Source: Mobula hypostoma (Eukaryota). Taken from it: a stretch of DNA of 64,000 nucleotides. The notes beneath the pieces are model-generated. The model was not told where the DNA came from. It was given only the letters and a program-made list of their open reading frames with translations, and made no database searches. Positions 24,203 through 36,870 of this stretch are shown piece after piece. The first letter of the stretch is position 1; every line of letters begins with the position of its first letter. The position numbers and the translations under genes are program-made. The stretch spans positions 13,270,001 through 13,334,000 of the forward strand of contig NC_086109.1 in NCBI RefSeq assembly GCF_963921235.1, in the 5' to 3' direction.

Positions 24203-26319
24203 ATGGGCAATGGGGGACAATAAATCCTGAAGATGGCAGTAATGCAACAATGTGGATGCCAACTGCTGTAAACACTCAAGGAAGAAGAAGAAGAAGAAGA
24301 CCTTGGTGCCTACCTAAGCTCGTCCCATTTGCCTGCATTTGGCCCATATCCATCTGAAACCTTCCTGTCCACATACTTAGCTAAAGCTCTTTTAAATGTT
24401 GCTATAGTACCTGCTTATAACACTACTTCTGACAGCTTGTTCCAAATCTAGCCATCCTCTGCAGGAAGCAATTGCCTCCCAGGCCCCTTTAAAATATTTC
24501 CCATCTCACCTTAAACCCATGTGTCAACTCAAGTTTTTGGTCTCTTTTCCAGAAAAAAGACAGTGTATTCACCCTATCTAAGCCTCTCATAATTTTATTC
24601 ACCTCATTATAGACATCCATCGGTCTCCTATGCTCCAAGGAATAAAGTCATAGCTGGCCTATCCTCTCCTTTGACTCCTGGCAGCATTCTGGAATTGGAA
24701 ACTTTTGAAATGTTGGCTTTTATTGCAATGGGTATGAAAGGTAGAAGTAGGTAGGATTTGATACATTTCTGAGGAGTCCTGATGAAGTCTCTAGTAAGAG
24801 ACTACTAGACAGGTATATGGAGGAATTTAAGGTGGGAGGGTTATATGGGAGGCAGGGTTTGAGGGTCGGCACAACATTGTGGGCTGAAGGACCTGTACTG
24901 TGCTGTTCTATTCTATGTTCTACACAGGTTTGGTCTTTATATTTAAGGAAGGATATACTTGCCTTGGGGGGACTATGGAGAAGATCCTTCTACCGGAGAT
25001 GATCTTCATCCAGATGATTTCAGACTCGGATGATCCTGGGATGAAAGGACCCGAAGTATGAAAAAAGGCTGTGCAATTTGTACCTAAGATCATCGGAGCA
25101 CACAGAAAGGAGTGAGATACGATTGACCCATAAAACTTGGGCAGGGATTGACAGGATAAGTACTGGAAGGATGTTTTCCTTGGTGGAGTTTATTTGGTTA
25201 TCTCATTTTATTTAGAAATACAGCACCATAACGCATTTATCATTTGGATCCAGGTGCAGTAAAACCTTGTACCATAGAGATAAGCTAAGAGTTTAATTGA
25301 ACAATAAACTAAATCAAATCTTGAATAACATAAGGAAACAGAGTACGGAAAACCTCAGTCAGAAACACTCCAAGCTAGGATCAACATCAACCAACCACAT
25401 AGTGGATAATATTACCCCTTTAAATACACTCAGGGTATGAAAGAATTTGTGCCCCACTAACTACCCCCAAAAGTCAGATAAGAAAATAAAACAAGAAGGT
25501 AGACAAGAGTACAGGTTAATGGTGGCTCAATGTCAGGCTAACATCCTCTTGACTAAATGCAAGTTAAACAAAAACATTAGAACGATCCAACAGAAAAAAA
25601 AAGCTATTAAATTTTATTCCTGCAAGGAATTGCCAAGTGTTCCTGGAAAGCAAAACAGCCACTGCCGGAAGCAAAACAATCATTAATTCTCTAATCAAGA
25701 AATGAGAGCAATAAACCTAGATTTAAAAACCATGCACCCTCAGAAGCAATGATTAACGTCCTGAGGTTGTGACTGTGACAGGGTTTTCTGGCCCAATGAG
25801 CCCACACTGTCCACTTACACCTATGTGACCAGCTGACCTCCTTACCTATTATGCTTCTGGAATGTGGGAGGAAACCAGAGCATCCGGAGGAAACTCACAT
25901 GGTCACGGAGAGAGAGTACAAACTCTCAGCAGTGGAATCGAACCCAGATCTCTGGTGCTGTTACAACCAATAGGGTTGGGGAGTTTAAAACCGGTGACAT
26001 AGCTTTGGAACAAGCTGTCAGAAATAAGTGTAATTACCAATTATGAATTACCTCAGAACAATAAACCAATTCTCAGGTATAACTATTAGAGATTATTATA
26101 TTTGATCTCTTATCTTTATGGTTGAAGCAAATATGACAATGTAATGCCTGTGCTCGTTGAGTGTAGCAGATGTCCAATATAAGTAAAATATGTATATAAA
26201 ATAAAATAAAAAATATTTTTGCTCTACAGATATGATGATAGCAGAGAGCATCTAACATTCAATCACATATTCTTTAGTCCGTTTGATGCTCTGTGGTTTA
26301 GTTTGTCATTGGACATCAA

Positions 26320-26822
26320 GGAAAGGATGTGCTGGCTTTGGACAGAGTCCAGATGATGTTCACAAGAATGATTCTGGGACTAAAGGTTTATCATATGAGG
26401 AGCGTTTGACGGCTGGAGTTCAGAAGAATGAAGGGAGATCGCATTGAAACATGTTGAATACTCAACGGCCTGGAGAGGATTTTTCCTATAATAGGGGGAG
26501 GTCTAGGACCAGAGGGCACAACCTCAGTAGAGAGGAACATTCATTTAGAACAGAGATGAGGAGGAATTTCCTTAGTCAGGGGGTGGTTAACCTGTGGAAT
26601 TCATTGTCACAGGCAGCTGTGGAGGCCAATTAATTGGGTATATTTAAAGCAAGATGCAATGGCTAGGATCTTGATTAGTAAAGGCATCAAGGATTGTGGG
26701 AAGAAGGCAGAAGAATAGGGTTAAGAGGGATAAAAATTAACCAATAATGGAATGATGGAGCAGGCATAATGGGCCAAACGGCCTAATTCTACTCCTATTT
26801 TTTAGGGTCTTATGGTCTTATG
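26320..26822 (+). mobile_element. Old CR1 3' fragment
   Basis: SRTRGHNL..RRNFLSQGVVNLWNSL; (ggtcttat)n tail. Confidence 0.7.
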
Positions 26823-27319
26823 GACATTGTGGCTGAAGGGCCAACAGTTTTTCTGTGCTGCAATGTCCTTTATCTCTGATTTTAAAGACAAGTTGGAAGA
26901 TTCTCTTTTCAACCAATGTCATGATACGAGAACCTGCGATACCAGTAGTCAGAAATAAATTGTGTCCAATAAATGCATGCTAATTTAAAAGATATAAAGA
27001 TTAGCTTTATTTGTCATCAGGGACCATAAGTCAATAAGACATAGGAGCAAAATGTATATTGAAACATCAAAACATACAATAAAATGCGTCATTTATGTCA
27101 ACAAGCAACATATCCTTAAATGTGCTGAGGGCGTATGACATCAAGCTATCTCGGCACCAGAACAGCCTCCGTACAAGTTACTATTCCTAACCCTTACGTC
27201 TTTAGAATGTGGGAGGAAACCCACATGACCATGGGAAGGATCTACAAGCTCATTCCAGCTAGTGGCGGGAATTGAACCTGGGTCACTGATACTGCCGCTG
27301 TAATAGAACTGATGTCAGG

Positions 27320-27840
27320 ATCCGAAACAGGTTTATTATCACTGACATATGTTGTGGAATTCATTGTTTTGCAGCAGCGATACAGAGCAACACGTAAAAA
27401 AAAACTATAGGATACAATAAGAAATGTATCAAGAATAAACAGTGTCAAAAGAGAGTGACATTCATTGACTGTTCAGAAATCTGATGACGGAGGGGAAGAA
27501 GTTGTTCCTAAAATGTTGAGTGTGCACCTTCAGGCTCCTGTACCTCCTCCCTGATGGCAGTAATGAGAAAAGGACATGTCCTGGCTGGTGAGCATCCTTC
27601 AGAATGCTTGAAGCCTTCTTGAAGCTTTGCCTTTTGAAAATGTGCTCGATGGTGGGGAGGCTAGCAGGGTCCACAATCTTTTGCAGATCTTTTTGATACT
27701 GTGCGGTGATGCAACCAGTCAGAATGCTCTCTATAGTACATCTGTGCATGCATACCAAACCTCCTCGAACTCCTGTTGAAGTATAACCTCTGACATGCCT
27801 CCTTCTTGATCACATCAATATGCTTAGCCTGGAATAGATC
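27320..27840 (-). mobile_element. Old Rex1-like LINE 3' fragment
   Basis: RCTIESILTGCIT..HQPGHVLFSLLPSGRRYRSL; similar fragments at ~35270-35760, 39980-40540, 47020-47640. Confidence 0.65.
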
Positions 27841-28017
27841 TTGCCAAGTTAGCATGAAGAGCAGTAACGAGGGTGTGTAAGGTAGGCAGGGCTAGATACA
27901 AGTGCAATCACCTGAAGTTTAACGTGTTGTTGACTTTGTGATAACTATAAAACTTAGCAGTAGGAATTAAAACCCTCTACAGTTGAGCCGAAGTAGAAAA
28001 TTCTTTGCTTTGTGCTG

Positions 28018-28031
28018 CCACCAGGGGGAGC
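28018..28031 (+). promoter_or_regulatory. Putative CTCF binding site
   Basis: CCACCAGGGGGAGC, one mismatch to the CCACCAGGGGGCGC core, in non-repeat sequence. Confidence 0.4.
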
Positions 28032-28824
28032 TTTTCTATGGTTCTGGTAAAGCTAAATTTCAGATTTTTTTCAGAAATGATGGTATTTTCCTGGGCCATG
28101 TTTGGTCATGTTGGCCTGTAGCGTTCCATTTCTCACCCACCGCTGAATAATTGACACCAGTATGCCTGATTTCCTCACAAAAGAGTGAATGGGCTTTAAC
28201 TTTTCAAACCGATCTAGAGGTGTTCAAAGAGTTTGGCTTTACTCTCAGTACAGTTCAAACCTCTTGACGCTGAGGCAATCAAAACTGCGTCAAATCTTTC
28301 CTCGGCTTTGGCCCCTGTTTATTTCAGAGCAGGCAGTCTAGTTGAAGCCACTCCCACTGTTACTCTGCCTTCACGCTGACAGTTTGTTCAAACATGCCTT
28401 TCTTTTAAATCAAAGTGCCGCAGATGTTGCAAATTGAATGCAGATGAGTATTTTCTATCACAAATTGCCTATGACTCGCTGGTGCTATTCCATATTCTTG
28501 CTCTGCAGCTGTTGATATGTTGCATTCTAGCAGCCTGGAGCTTTCCAGAACTGCAAAGAATCAGTGGCAAACCTCCAAGGCGGGATAATGTGCGTGATTT
28601 CAGCAGAGGCTGGAGGTGGCAAATTCCCAAATTCTCTTGTCCTTTGAGATGATGGGTGTGCAGATGTGGGAGCTGGTTTGGGAGGATTCAGTTTATCTCT
28701 TAGAGGGTTCACACCTCATAATGACAAAAATCAGGGGAGGGGATTCATTCATTATCTTTGTTGAAGCTGCGTGTTGGATCACAGGGGAAGCGGAGAAAAT
28801 TACGACTGAACATCTCAAGTGCTA

Positions 28825-30172
28825 AAGATGGCGCCAGAGGGCGACTTCTTCCACATCATCAGCGAAGCAATTAACTGCTTCCTGTTCTAATGTTTCTATT
28901 TCCCTTCGCAGTGTGGCTAGGGTCTTTGGGTTACAGCGGCAGTCAGACTGCGGTTCTGCTCGGTGGCGTGTTCCCATGGAGATCGCCAGGCGGCCGGATC
29001 TCAATACGTTGAAGTTCGGCTTGCAGTCGGACGCGGCTTTGCGCTTTGCGTGGCTCTGGACACGGGTTCTCTCACCTGCGTCGCGGAAACCGGACGGACA
29101 CTGGTGACAGCGGGAGCGGCTGTCAGAGGGCTCTGCACTCGGTGATCGATCGCGGGCTCTCTCTCCATTGTGAGGGAGAGCTCGCTGCCGATTCCCGAGT
29201 TGGGGAACTCAATTTTTTTTTTAAAAAACGCAATGCTTCAGACTGACTGTAACATCGAGTTAGCGACTGTTATCTCCCGTCTGGCTGTGCAAGGAGCAAT
29301 ATTTGTCTGTCTCGTGTCAGTGCGACAGGGAGTCTGTGGGATGTCGAATTGTTGGAGTGAACAGTTAGTTTCTGATGTATTGTCGACCACAATCTCTCTT
29401 TGGGGCCTTTGCTGTTCCTTCCATGGTGGGTGGTCGGAAGGCTGATGCTTTTTGCCAGAATAAGTGTGGGGGGGCGGGGAGAGGGTTGATGCTGTTTGCT
29501 GCCGCTTGTGCTTGGGAGTGGGAGAGGTTCTTGTGTTTTTATTCTGGGATTCATTCTTTGGGAACACGAGGAATTCTGCAGTTGCTGGAAATTCAAGCAA
29601 CACACATAAAAGTTGCTGGTGAACGCAGCAGGCCAGGCAGCATCTGTAGGAAGAGGTGCAGTCGACGTTTCAGGCCCAGACCCTTCGTCAGGACTAACTG
29701 AAGGTTAGTGAGTAAGGGATTTGAAAGTTGGAGGGGGAAGGGGAGATCCAAAATGATAGGAGAAGACAGGAGGGGGAGGGATGGAGCCGAGAGCTGAACA
29801 GGTGATTGGCAAAAGGGATACAAGAGGATCATGGGACAGGAGGCCCAGGGAGAAAGAAAAGGGGGAGGGGTGAAAAAACCCAGAGGATGGGCAAGGGGTA
29901 TAGTCAGAGGGACAGTCCCTCTCCACCTCCCACTTTCAAATCTCTTACTAGCTCTTCTTTCAGTTCGTCCTGACGAAGGGTCTTGGCCCGAAACGTCGAC
30001 TGTACCTCTTCCTAGAGATGCTGCCTGGCCTGCTGCGTTCACCAGCCACTTTGATGTGTGTTGCTTCATTCTTTGGGGTTTGTTTTCTTCTGTTTTGTGG
30101 ATGTCTGTGAAGAGTAAGAATTCCAGGTTGTATACTGTATACATTCTCTGATAATAAGTGGAACCATTGAAC
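28825..30172 (+). mobile_element. ORF-less putative non-autonomous retroelement (AAGATGGCG start, CpG-rich 5' part, LINE-like 3' tail)
   Basis: Starts aagatggcgcc; ends 'caggttgtatactgtatacattctctgataataa..gaac', similar to the Rex-like tail at 36810-36870; split by an insert at 29563-30064. Confidence 0.45.
29563..30064. mobile_element. Penelope-derived fold-back element with two opposite hammerhead motifs
   Basis: 13-bp TSD TTCATTCTTTGGG (29550-29562/30065-30077); motifs at 29659-29696 (-) and 29965-30002 (+), both with CUGACGA and GAAACGUC. Confidence 0.88.
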
Positions 30173-30880
30173 ACAAAGATTCTGCAGATGCAGAATCCAG
30201 AGTAACACACACAAAATACTGTAGGAACATAGAACATAGAAATCTACAGCACATTACAGGCCCTTTGGCCCACAAAGTTGTGCAAACATATAACCTGCTC
30301 CAGAAACTGCCTAGAATTTCCCTAGTGCATAACCCTCTATTTTTCTAAGCTCCATGTACCTATCTGAGAATCTCTTAAAAGACCCTATTGTACCCCACTC
30401 CACCACCATCGCTGGCAGTGCATTTCACACACCCACCACTCTGTGTGTGAAAAACCGACCCCTGACATCCCCTCTGTACCTGCTTCTAAGCGCCTTAAAA
30501 CTATGCCCCCTCGTGTTAGCCATTTCAGCCCTGGGAAACAGCCTCAGCAGGTCAGGCAGCATCTATGGAAATGAATAAATATTCAAGGTTTTGGACTGAG
30601 ACCCTTCTTCAGGACTGGGAAGGAAGGGGGAAGAAGCCAGAATAAGGTGGAGGAGGGGAAAGAGTACAAAGTTGAAGGTGATAGGTGAAGCTCAGTGGGT
30701 GGGGAAGGGGAGAATGAAGTCAGAAGCTGGGAGGTGATGAGTGGAGAAGGCAAAGGGCTGGTGAAGAAGGAAGCTGATTGCAGAGGAGAAAGGATCATGG
30801 GAGAAAGGAGAGGAGGAGTGGCACCAGGGGAAGGTGATATACACGTGAGGAGAAGAGTTAAGAGGCCAGAATGGGGAAAT
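30172..30880 (-). mobile_element. Old Penelope-end fragment interrupted by a CR1 3' end (~30226-30543)
   Basis: 'gaacatagaacatagaa' CR1 tail splits the 'ggaggaac|tcagcaggtcaggcagc' repeat. Confidence 0.6.
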
Positions 30881-31599
30881 TAAGACATTTGATCAAGAAG
30901 AGAATTTGCAGGTTTGTGGATCTTGGGTAGGAGGTAGAATTGAGCAGTGCAAGGTAAGGGAACAATGAGTGTTGTGTCTGCACACATGGGAGATGGCTTT
31001 AACTGGTATATTCTTATTGCAGATAGCGAGAAAGAACAATACACATATGCACTACATCAATATGTAGTGCTAAGGGGGGAGGGGTTTATTGCTCTAAAGG
31101 AAATAGGTCCATACCTTCCTCTTCCTTCCTCTTTAATGCATTATGAAACTCAATATGTACAAAACATTGAATTTCCCTTTCATAAACCCATATTTCAATA
31201 GACGTGCTTTCACAATAACAGTCCATGACTAACTTCACAGTTCTAAAGGTTCAGTCTTTTGGGTGGTGCTCTGTTTCTTTCAGGATAGTGCCTCTGGACC
31301 TGTGGAGTGGCGTCAGGTTTGGCAGATGTCTTGTCAGTGCTAACGTTCTCATCACTGCTGAACGGATCCTGACCTGTATCTGGGCCGTACCCTCCAAATA
31401 TCCGGACCTGCCTCTGGGTTTTTTTGCACTACCTTACTTTCCCTTTTCTATTTTCTATTTATGATATATAATCAAAATTTTTAATATTTACTATCGATTT
31501 GTACTCCAGGGAGCGCGAAGCGCAGAATCAGATATCGTTGTGATGATTGTATGTTCTAGTGTCAATTGTTTGGCGACAATAAAGTATAAAAGTATAACT

Positions 31600-33000
31600 C
31601 CAGGCCCATGGAGTGGCATAAGGCTCGGTAGGTGTCTTGTCTAAGACAACGTCCTCGGTTTCCGGTGTCATGTTGCTGTCAGTAACATCATCACTGGTGA
31701 CTGTAATGCATCCATCTTGTTGAATGCAGTCGACTCAGGTGTGCTGTTTGAGTATCTAGTATCTGGTCCAAATAACGTCTCCATATCTGGTCTCCAACAC
31801 CAACTGTGTACATCAGTGGTCCAGTTCTTGTACCTATCCTACTAGGTGTCCAGTTGTCTTCTCAGTCATCAGGTGCTAGGACTTCTTGTCCAACCTCAGA
31901 GCTCCCTGCTGCTTCACTTGGCAACTGGCTGAACTGCGTATTTTGCATTTCCCTCTATAGGTCTGGTTTCAGAAGGTCTATGTGAGATCTCAGATTCCTG
32001 TTCATGAACGGCATTGCAGGAGTTTGATTTGCCGTCACATGAACAGAGTTCCGATACACGAAAAGGAAGTTGTCCACTTGGTGCTGTAGAGAAATGTCCT
32101 CCTTGTCCATCGCTTTAAATGGACTTCTTGAAGGTGTGAATAAACCTTTCAGCTAACCCATTCATTGCTGGGTGGCAAGGAGCTGACTTGAAATGTCCGA
32201 AGCCATTTTTCTTTGTGAACAGTCGGAATTCTTCTGACATGTATTGTGAACCGTTGTCACTCACAGTTTGTTCTGGTAAGCCACTTAGTGCTCAGCGGAG
32301 ACAGTCTTTGCTGATGTGGTTGGCTTCATTGGTGTAACCTCCAGCCACTGCAAATGAGCATCCACAGCAATCGGAATCATGCAGTCCGTGAATGGCCCAG
32401 CAAAGTCAGTATGTACTCTTTGCCATGGTGAAGACAGCCACTCCCACAGATTTAATGGTGCCTGTGGGGGGTGCATTTTGAACTTTTTGGCACCCTGAAC
32501 AGCTTTTGGCCAAGCCTTCAATCTGTTTATCTGTACCCTTCTCAAACACTTTCTGATTAACATTAAACAGCTGTGATAGCCTCTGGTTAGTGCTACCATT
32601 TGGGTTGCAGTTGCCTGTTGATGCCACACTGAGAGTTTAGATTGAGTGCCAGTCAAGTTGCATATTTCTCAGCCACTCACATCCAAAAAATGCTGACCCT
32701 CTACTTTTCAATACATAAAGCTCTAACTGCTGTGCTTGGCCTCCATACATCACATTTACCTTCAGTTTGCCTTTGGGAGACATTCTTTTCAACTGTAGGT
32801 ATTTCGCATCACTGAGGTCTTCTCTAATGGTATCCTAGAAAGGAGCCTGTTGTAGTTGGCCTCTGCAATTATAGGCAAAGCTGACCCTGTGTCCAATTCT
32901 GTTTGCATTTTTACACCATACACATCTATTGTGGTCCATATGATTTTGTGATCTGCTTCGGTAAAGCTATGCTACTCCAGGCACAACGACTCAGCTTCGT
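31600..33000 (-). mobile_element. Degenerate Gypsy/Ty3 LTR retrotransposon internal remnant (protease and integrase pieces)
   Basis: ELDTGSA; WEWLSSPWQRVHTDFAGPF; SDNGSQY; HPAMNGLAERF. Confidence 0.8.
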
Positions 33001-33364
33001 GTAATGCCCTGGTAAAGGTTTTCACTGCAAAAGTTGCAAGATAGTTCATATAATAGTCTTTTTGTAGAAGCAGTGTTTGGGTTATTGTTAGAGATAATGG
33101 GTGATGAGGAATGTGAGCCAGCCAATCAGGAGACAAGGCCAGGGGAGCAGGGGTTTTTTTTGTGCCTGACACCAATGGGAGCTTTGGTCTTTGTTCGGTG
33201 GGAGATGGAGAGAGAATACGATGGAGAGAACCGGTCGTAGGATTTGATCCGGTGGAGATTGCGATTCGATGGAGCAAGGTGCAGGAGTTTACTGAAGATC
33301 AGTGAATATGCCTTTTAGGAAAAAAAAGAAAGGAAAAAACAAAACGGGGCCATTATAATTCAAC

Positions 33365-34695
33365 AGTCAAATGTGCAGCCTTATGTGTAGCACCTTATCA
33401 ATTGCCTTCTGAAAATCCAAGTAAATGACATCCATTGCCTCTCCTTTGTCCACTCTGCCTGTTACTTCCTCAAAGAATGGATTTGTCAGGGAAGATTTCC
33501 CTTTACAGAAACCATGCTGACTTTGGCTTATTTTATCATTTATCTTCAAGTACCCCGGAACCTCACCATAATAATAGATTACAACAATTTTCCAACCTCT
33601 GAGGTAAGGCAAACTGGCTTATAATTTCCTTTCTCTTGCTTTCCTCCCTTCTTAAATTGGGAGTGACATTTGCAATCTTCCAGTCCTCTGGGACCAAGCC
33701 AGAATCAAGTGATTCTTGAAAGATCTTGATCAATGCATCCGTTATCTCTTCAGCAAGCTCTCTCAGCACTCTGGGATGTAGTCCATTTGGTCCAAGTGGT
33801 TTATCCACCTTAAGAACTTTGAGTTTGCCTAGCACTTTTTCCTTTTTAATAGCAGTGGCACTCCTGCTCCCTGACACTCATGGACCTCTAGCATAATGCT
33901 AGTGTCTTCCACAGTGAAGATAGATGGAAAGTACCCATTACATTCATCTGCCATTTCTTCGTCCCCCATTACTATCTCATCAGCATCATTTTCCAGTGGT
34001 CCAATATTAACTCTCACCTTCCTTTTACTCTTGAAAAAGCTTTTGGTATCCCACTTTACATTATTGGCTAGTTTGCCCTCTTGTTTCATATTTTCCCTTC
34101 TTATAGCTTTTTTAGATGCCTTTTGTTGGATTTTAAAAGCTTCCCAATCATCCAACTTCCCACTCACTTTTGCTACTTTATATGCACTTTCCTTGGCTTT
34201 TATGCAGTTCTCAACTTCCCTTGTCAGACATGATGGCCTACCCCTGCCATTTGAGAATGTCTGAGTTATACTTCTCCTTCTCAAATGAATTCAATCACAT
34301 CACTGCCTCCTAAGGCTTCCTTTACATTAACCTCGCTAATAAGATCTGGGTTACTACACAACACCCAATCTAAGATAGCCTTTCCCCAAGTAGACTCGAG
34401 CACAAGTTGCTCTAAAAAGCCATCTTGTAGGCATTCAATAAATGCCCCCTCTTGCGATCCAACACCAACCTGATTTCCCCAATCCCCTTGCATATTGAAG
34501 TCCCGCATTACAATTTATTACATGCTTTTTCCAGCTCCCTTTGCAATCTCAACCCCACATCTTGGCTACTATTTGGAGGCTTATATATGATTCCCATAAT
34601 GTTTTCTCGCCCTTGCAGTTTCTTAATTCCACCCACAAAGATGCAACGTTCTCTGACCCGATGTCACCTCTTTCTAAAGATGTAATTCCATCTCT
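33365..34695 (-). mobile_element. Old CR1 ORF2 fragment (end of APE to start of RT)
   Basis: DFN, AILDWVL, GPNGLHPRVLREL, SQHGFCKG, YLDFQKAIDKV. Confidence 0.85.
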
Positions 34696-35849
34696 TCATG
34701 AAGAAGCTAAAGATCAGCTTTATTTGTGACATGTACATCAAAACATACAGTAAAATGCTTTGCTTTGCATCAACAACCAAGACAGTCCAAAAGGATGTGC
34801 TGGGTGCAGCCCACAAGTGTCGCCATGCTTCTGGTAGAAACATAGCATGCCTGCAACTTACTAAACCTAATCCAAATGTATTTTGCAATGTGGGAGGGAA
34901 CTGGAGCTCCGGAGAAAACCAATGCAGTTATGAAGAGAACATACAAACTCCTTACAGGCAACAGCGGGAATTGAACCTGGTCACTGGTAAAGTACTGTGC
35001 TAACTACTATGCATCCATATGCTAGGGCATTGCCCTGAGGAACTCCAGCAATGATGTCCTGGTGGGCTGATGAAGCTCCAACGATCCTTGTGAAAACTGT
35101 AACTCCAACTACTTTAGTGTTTTCCCTCTGATGCCCATTGACTTCAAGTCTACCAGAGCATCTTGATGCAACACTTGGTCAAGTTCTGCCTTGATCAGAA
35201 TGGTATCACTCATACCTCACCTCATAAACGTGTGGTCCTGGTGAAACTTGGGATCTAACAATTAAATTCCATAGTTCAAAGTAAATTTATTATCAAAGTA
35301 TGTGCATGTCAGCATACGATACCTTGCAATTAACTTGCAGGCGTTCGTAGTAGAACAAAGAAATACTGTAGAATCAATGGAGAATTACGCACTAAGAACA
35401 AAGTGCAAAAGAAGACAAACTGTGCAAATATAAAAACAAGTAAATAAATAATACTGAGAACGAGTCGTAGAGTTCTTCAAAGTGAGACTGTTGGTTGTGG
35501 AATCAGTTCAGAGTTGAGGTGATTCAAGTTGTCCAAGTGAGTAGAGGAGCCTGATGGTTAAATGGTTGATAAATGTTCCTGAACCTTGTGGGACACAAGG
35601 CTTCTGCACCTCCTTCCAATGCCAACAGTGAGAAGAGGGCATGGCCTGGATGGTGGGTAACTTTGATGATGGATGCTGCTTTCTTGTGGCTGTGCTCCTT
35701 ATAGATGTGCTCAACGGTGGGAAGGGCTTTGCTCCTGATAGACTGGGCTATATCCACTACAGTAGTAATGTCCTGGGAACATCAGAGGACTTACACCTCA
35801 TAGGTATATCTATTGAGATATTCAGCCGTAGCTCTTTATGGCACAAGAC

Positions 35850-36870
35850 CTAGGCCTCAATACCTCCTTATGCAACTAGATCCTCAATTTCCTCACTTGC
35901 AGACCCCAGTCAGTTTGGACTGGCAATAATATTGCCACAATTACCATTAGCACAGGTGCACCACAAGGCTCTGTGCTTAGTCCCCTGCTCTGCTCGGTTT
36001 ATACTTATGACTATGAGGCTAAGCATGGCCCTAATGTCATAATTAAGTTTGCTGACAACACCACTATCCTTGGCCAAATCAAAGGTGGTGACGAATCAGC
36101 ACATAGGAGGGAGATTGAAAATCTGGCTGAGTGGTGCCATAACAACAACCTCTCACTCAATGTCAGCAAGACCAAGGATCAATATTGTAGTCAATAATCA
36201 ACCGGAGGAGTAAACTAGAAGTTCATGAGCCAGTTCTCATCTAAGGATCAGAAGTGGAGAAGGGCAGCAACTTTAAATTTATTGATGTTATTTCAGAGAA
36301 AGCACAGCAGCGCCTCTGCTTTATTAGAAGTATGCTAAGACTCGGCATGTCATCTAAAACGTTGGCAAACTTCTATAGATGTGCAGTGGAGCGTATATTG
36401 ACTGGTTGCATCACAACCTTGTATAGAAACACCAATGCCCCTATACAGAAAAGCTTACAAAAATAGTGGATACAGCACAGTCCATCATGGATAACGCCCT
36501 CCCCACTATTGAGCACATCTACATGGAGTGCTGTCGCAGGAATGCAAGATCCATCATCAAGTGGTCCCATTATCCATGCAATGCTCTCTTCTTGCTGCTT
36601 CCAGAAGAAGGTACAGGAGCCTCAGGACCCACACCACCAGATTCAGGCTCTTGAACCAGAGGAAATAACCTCACTCACCCCAACACTGAACTGTTCCCAC
36701 AATGTTTGGACTCACTTTCAAGGACTCTTCATCTCATGTTCTCGATATTTCTTGCTTATTTGTCTATCATCATTTTTTTAATTTAATGTGAATGCCCGCA
36801 AGAAAATAAATCTCAGGGTTGTATATTGCGTTATACATGTATTTTGATACTAAATTTACATTGAACTTTG
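35850..36870 (+). mobile_element. Old Rex1-like LINE 3' part
   Basis: GAPQGSVLSPLL, KFADN, LNVSKTK, KAQQRL, YRCAVERILTGCIT. Confidence 0.75.

Larger units (their letters stand above)
19024..24298 (+). mobile_element. Full-length, mutated Nimb/I-clade LINE
   Basis: 12-bp TSD GACCTTGGTGCC (19012-19023/24299-24310); ORF1 zinc knuckles; ORF2 APE-RT-RNase H; (GAA)n tail. Confidence 0.9.

Noticed and set aside
24777..24805. AGTCCTGATGAAGTCTC..GAGAC hammerhead-like start
   Set aside because: No GAAA or NUH after the stem; lies at the junction of a CR1 fragment
31284..31316. Possible 33-nt microexon after tctgtttctttcag
   Set aside because: Weak donor (GTTTGG); next to TE remnants; no other support
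33000..33312. TG-starting LTR-like segment (also 61134-61335 TG..CA)
   Set aside because: No partner LTR, PBS or matching TSD visible, so not called
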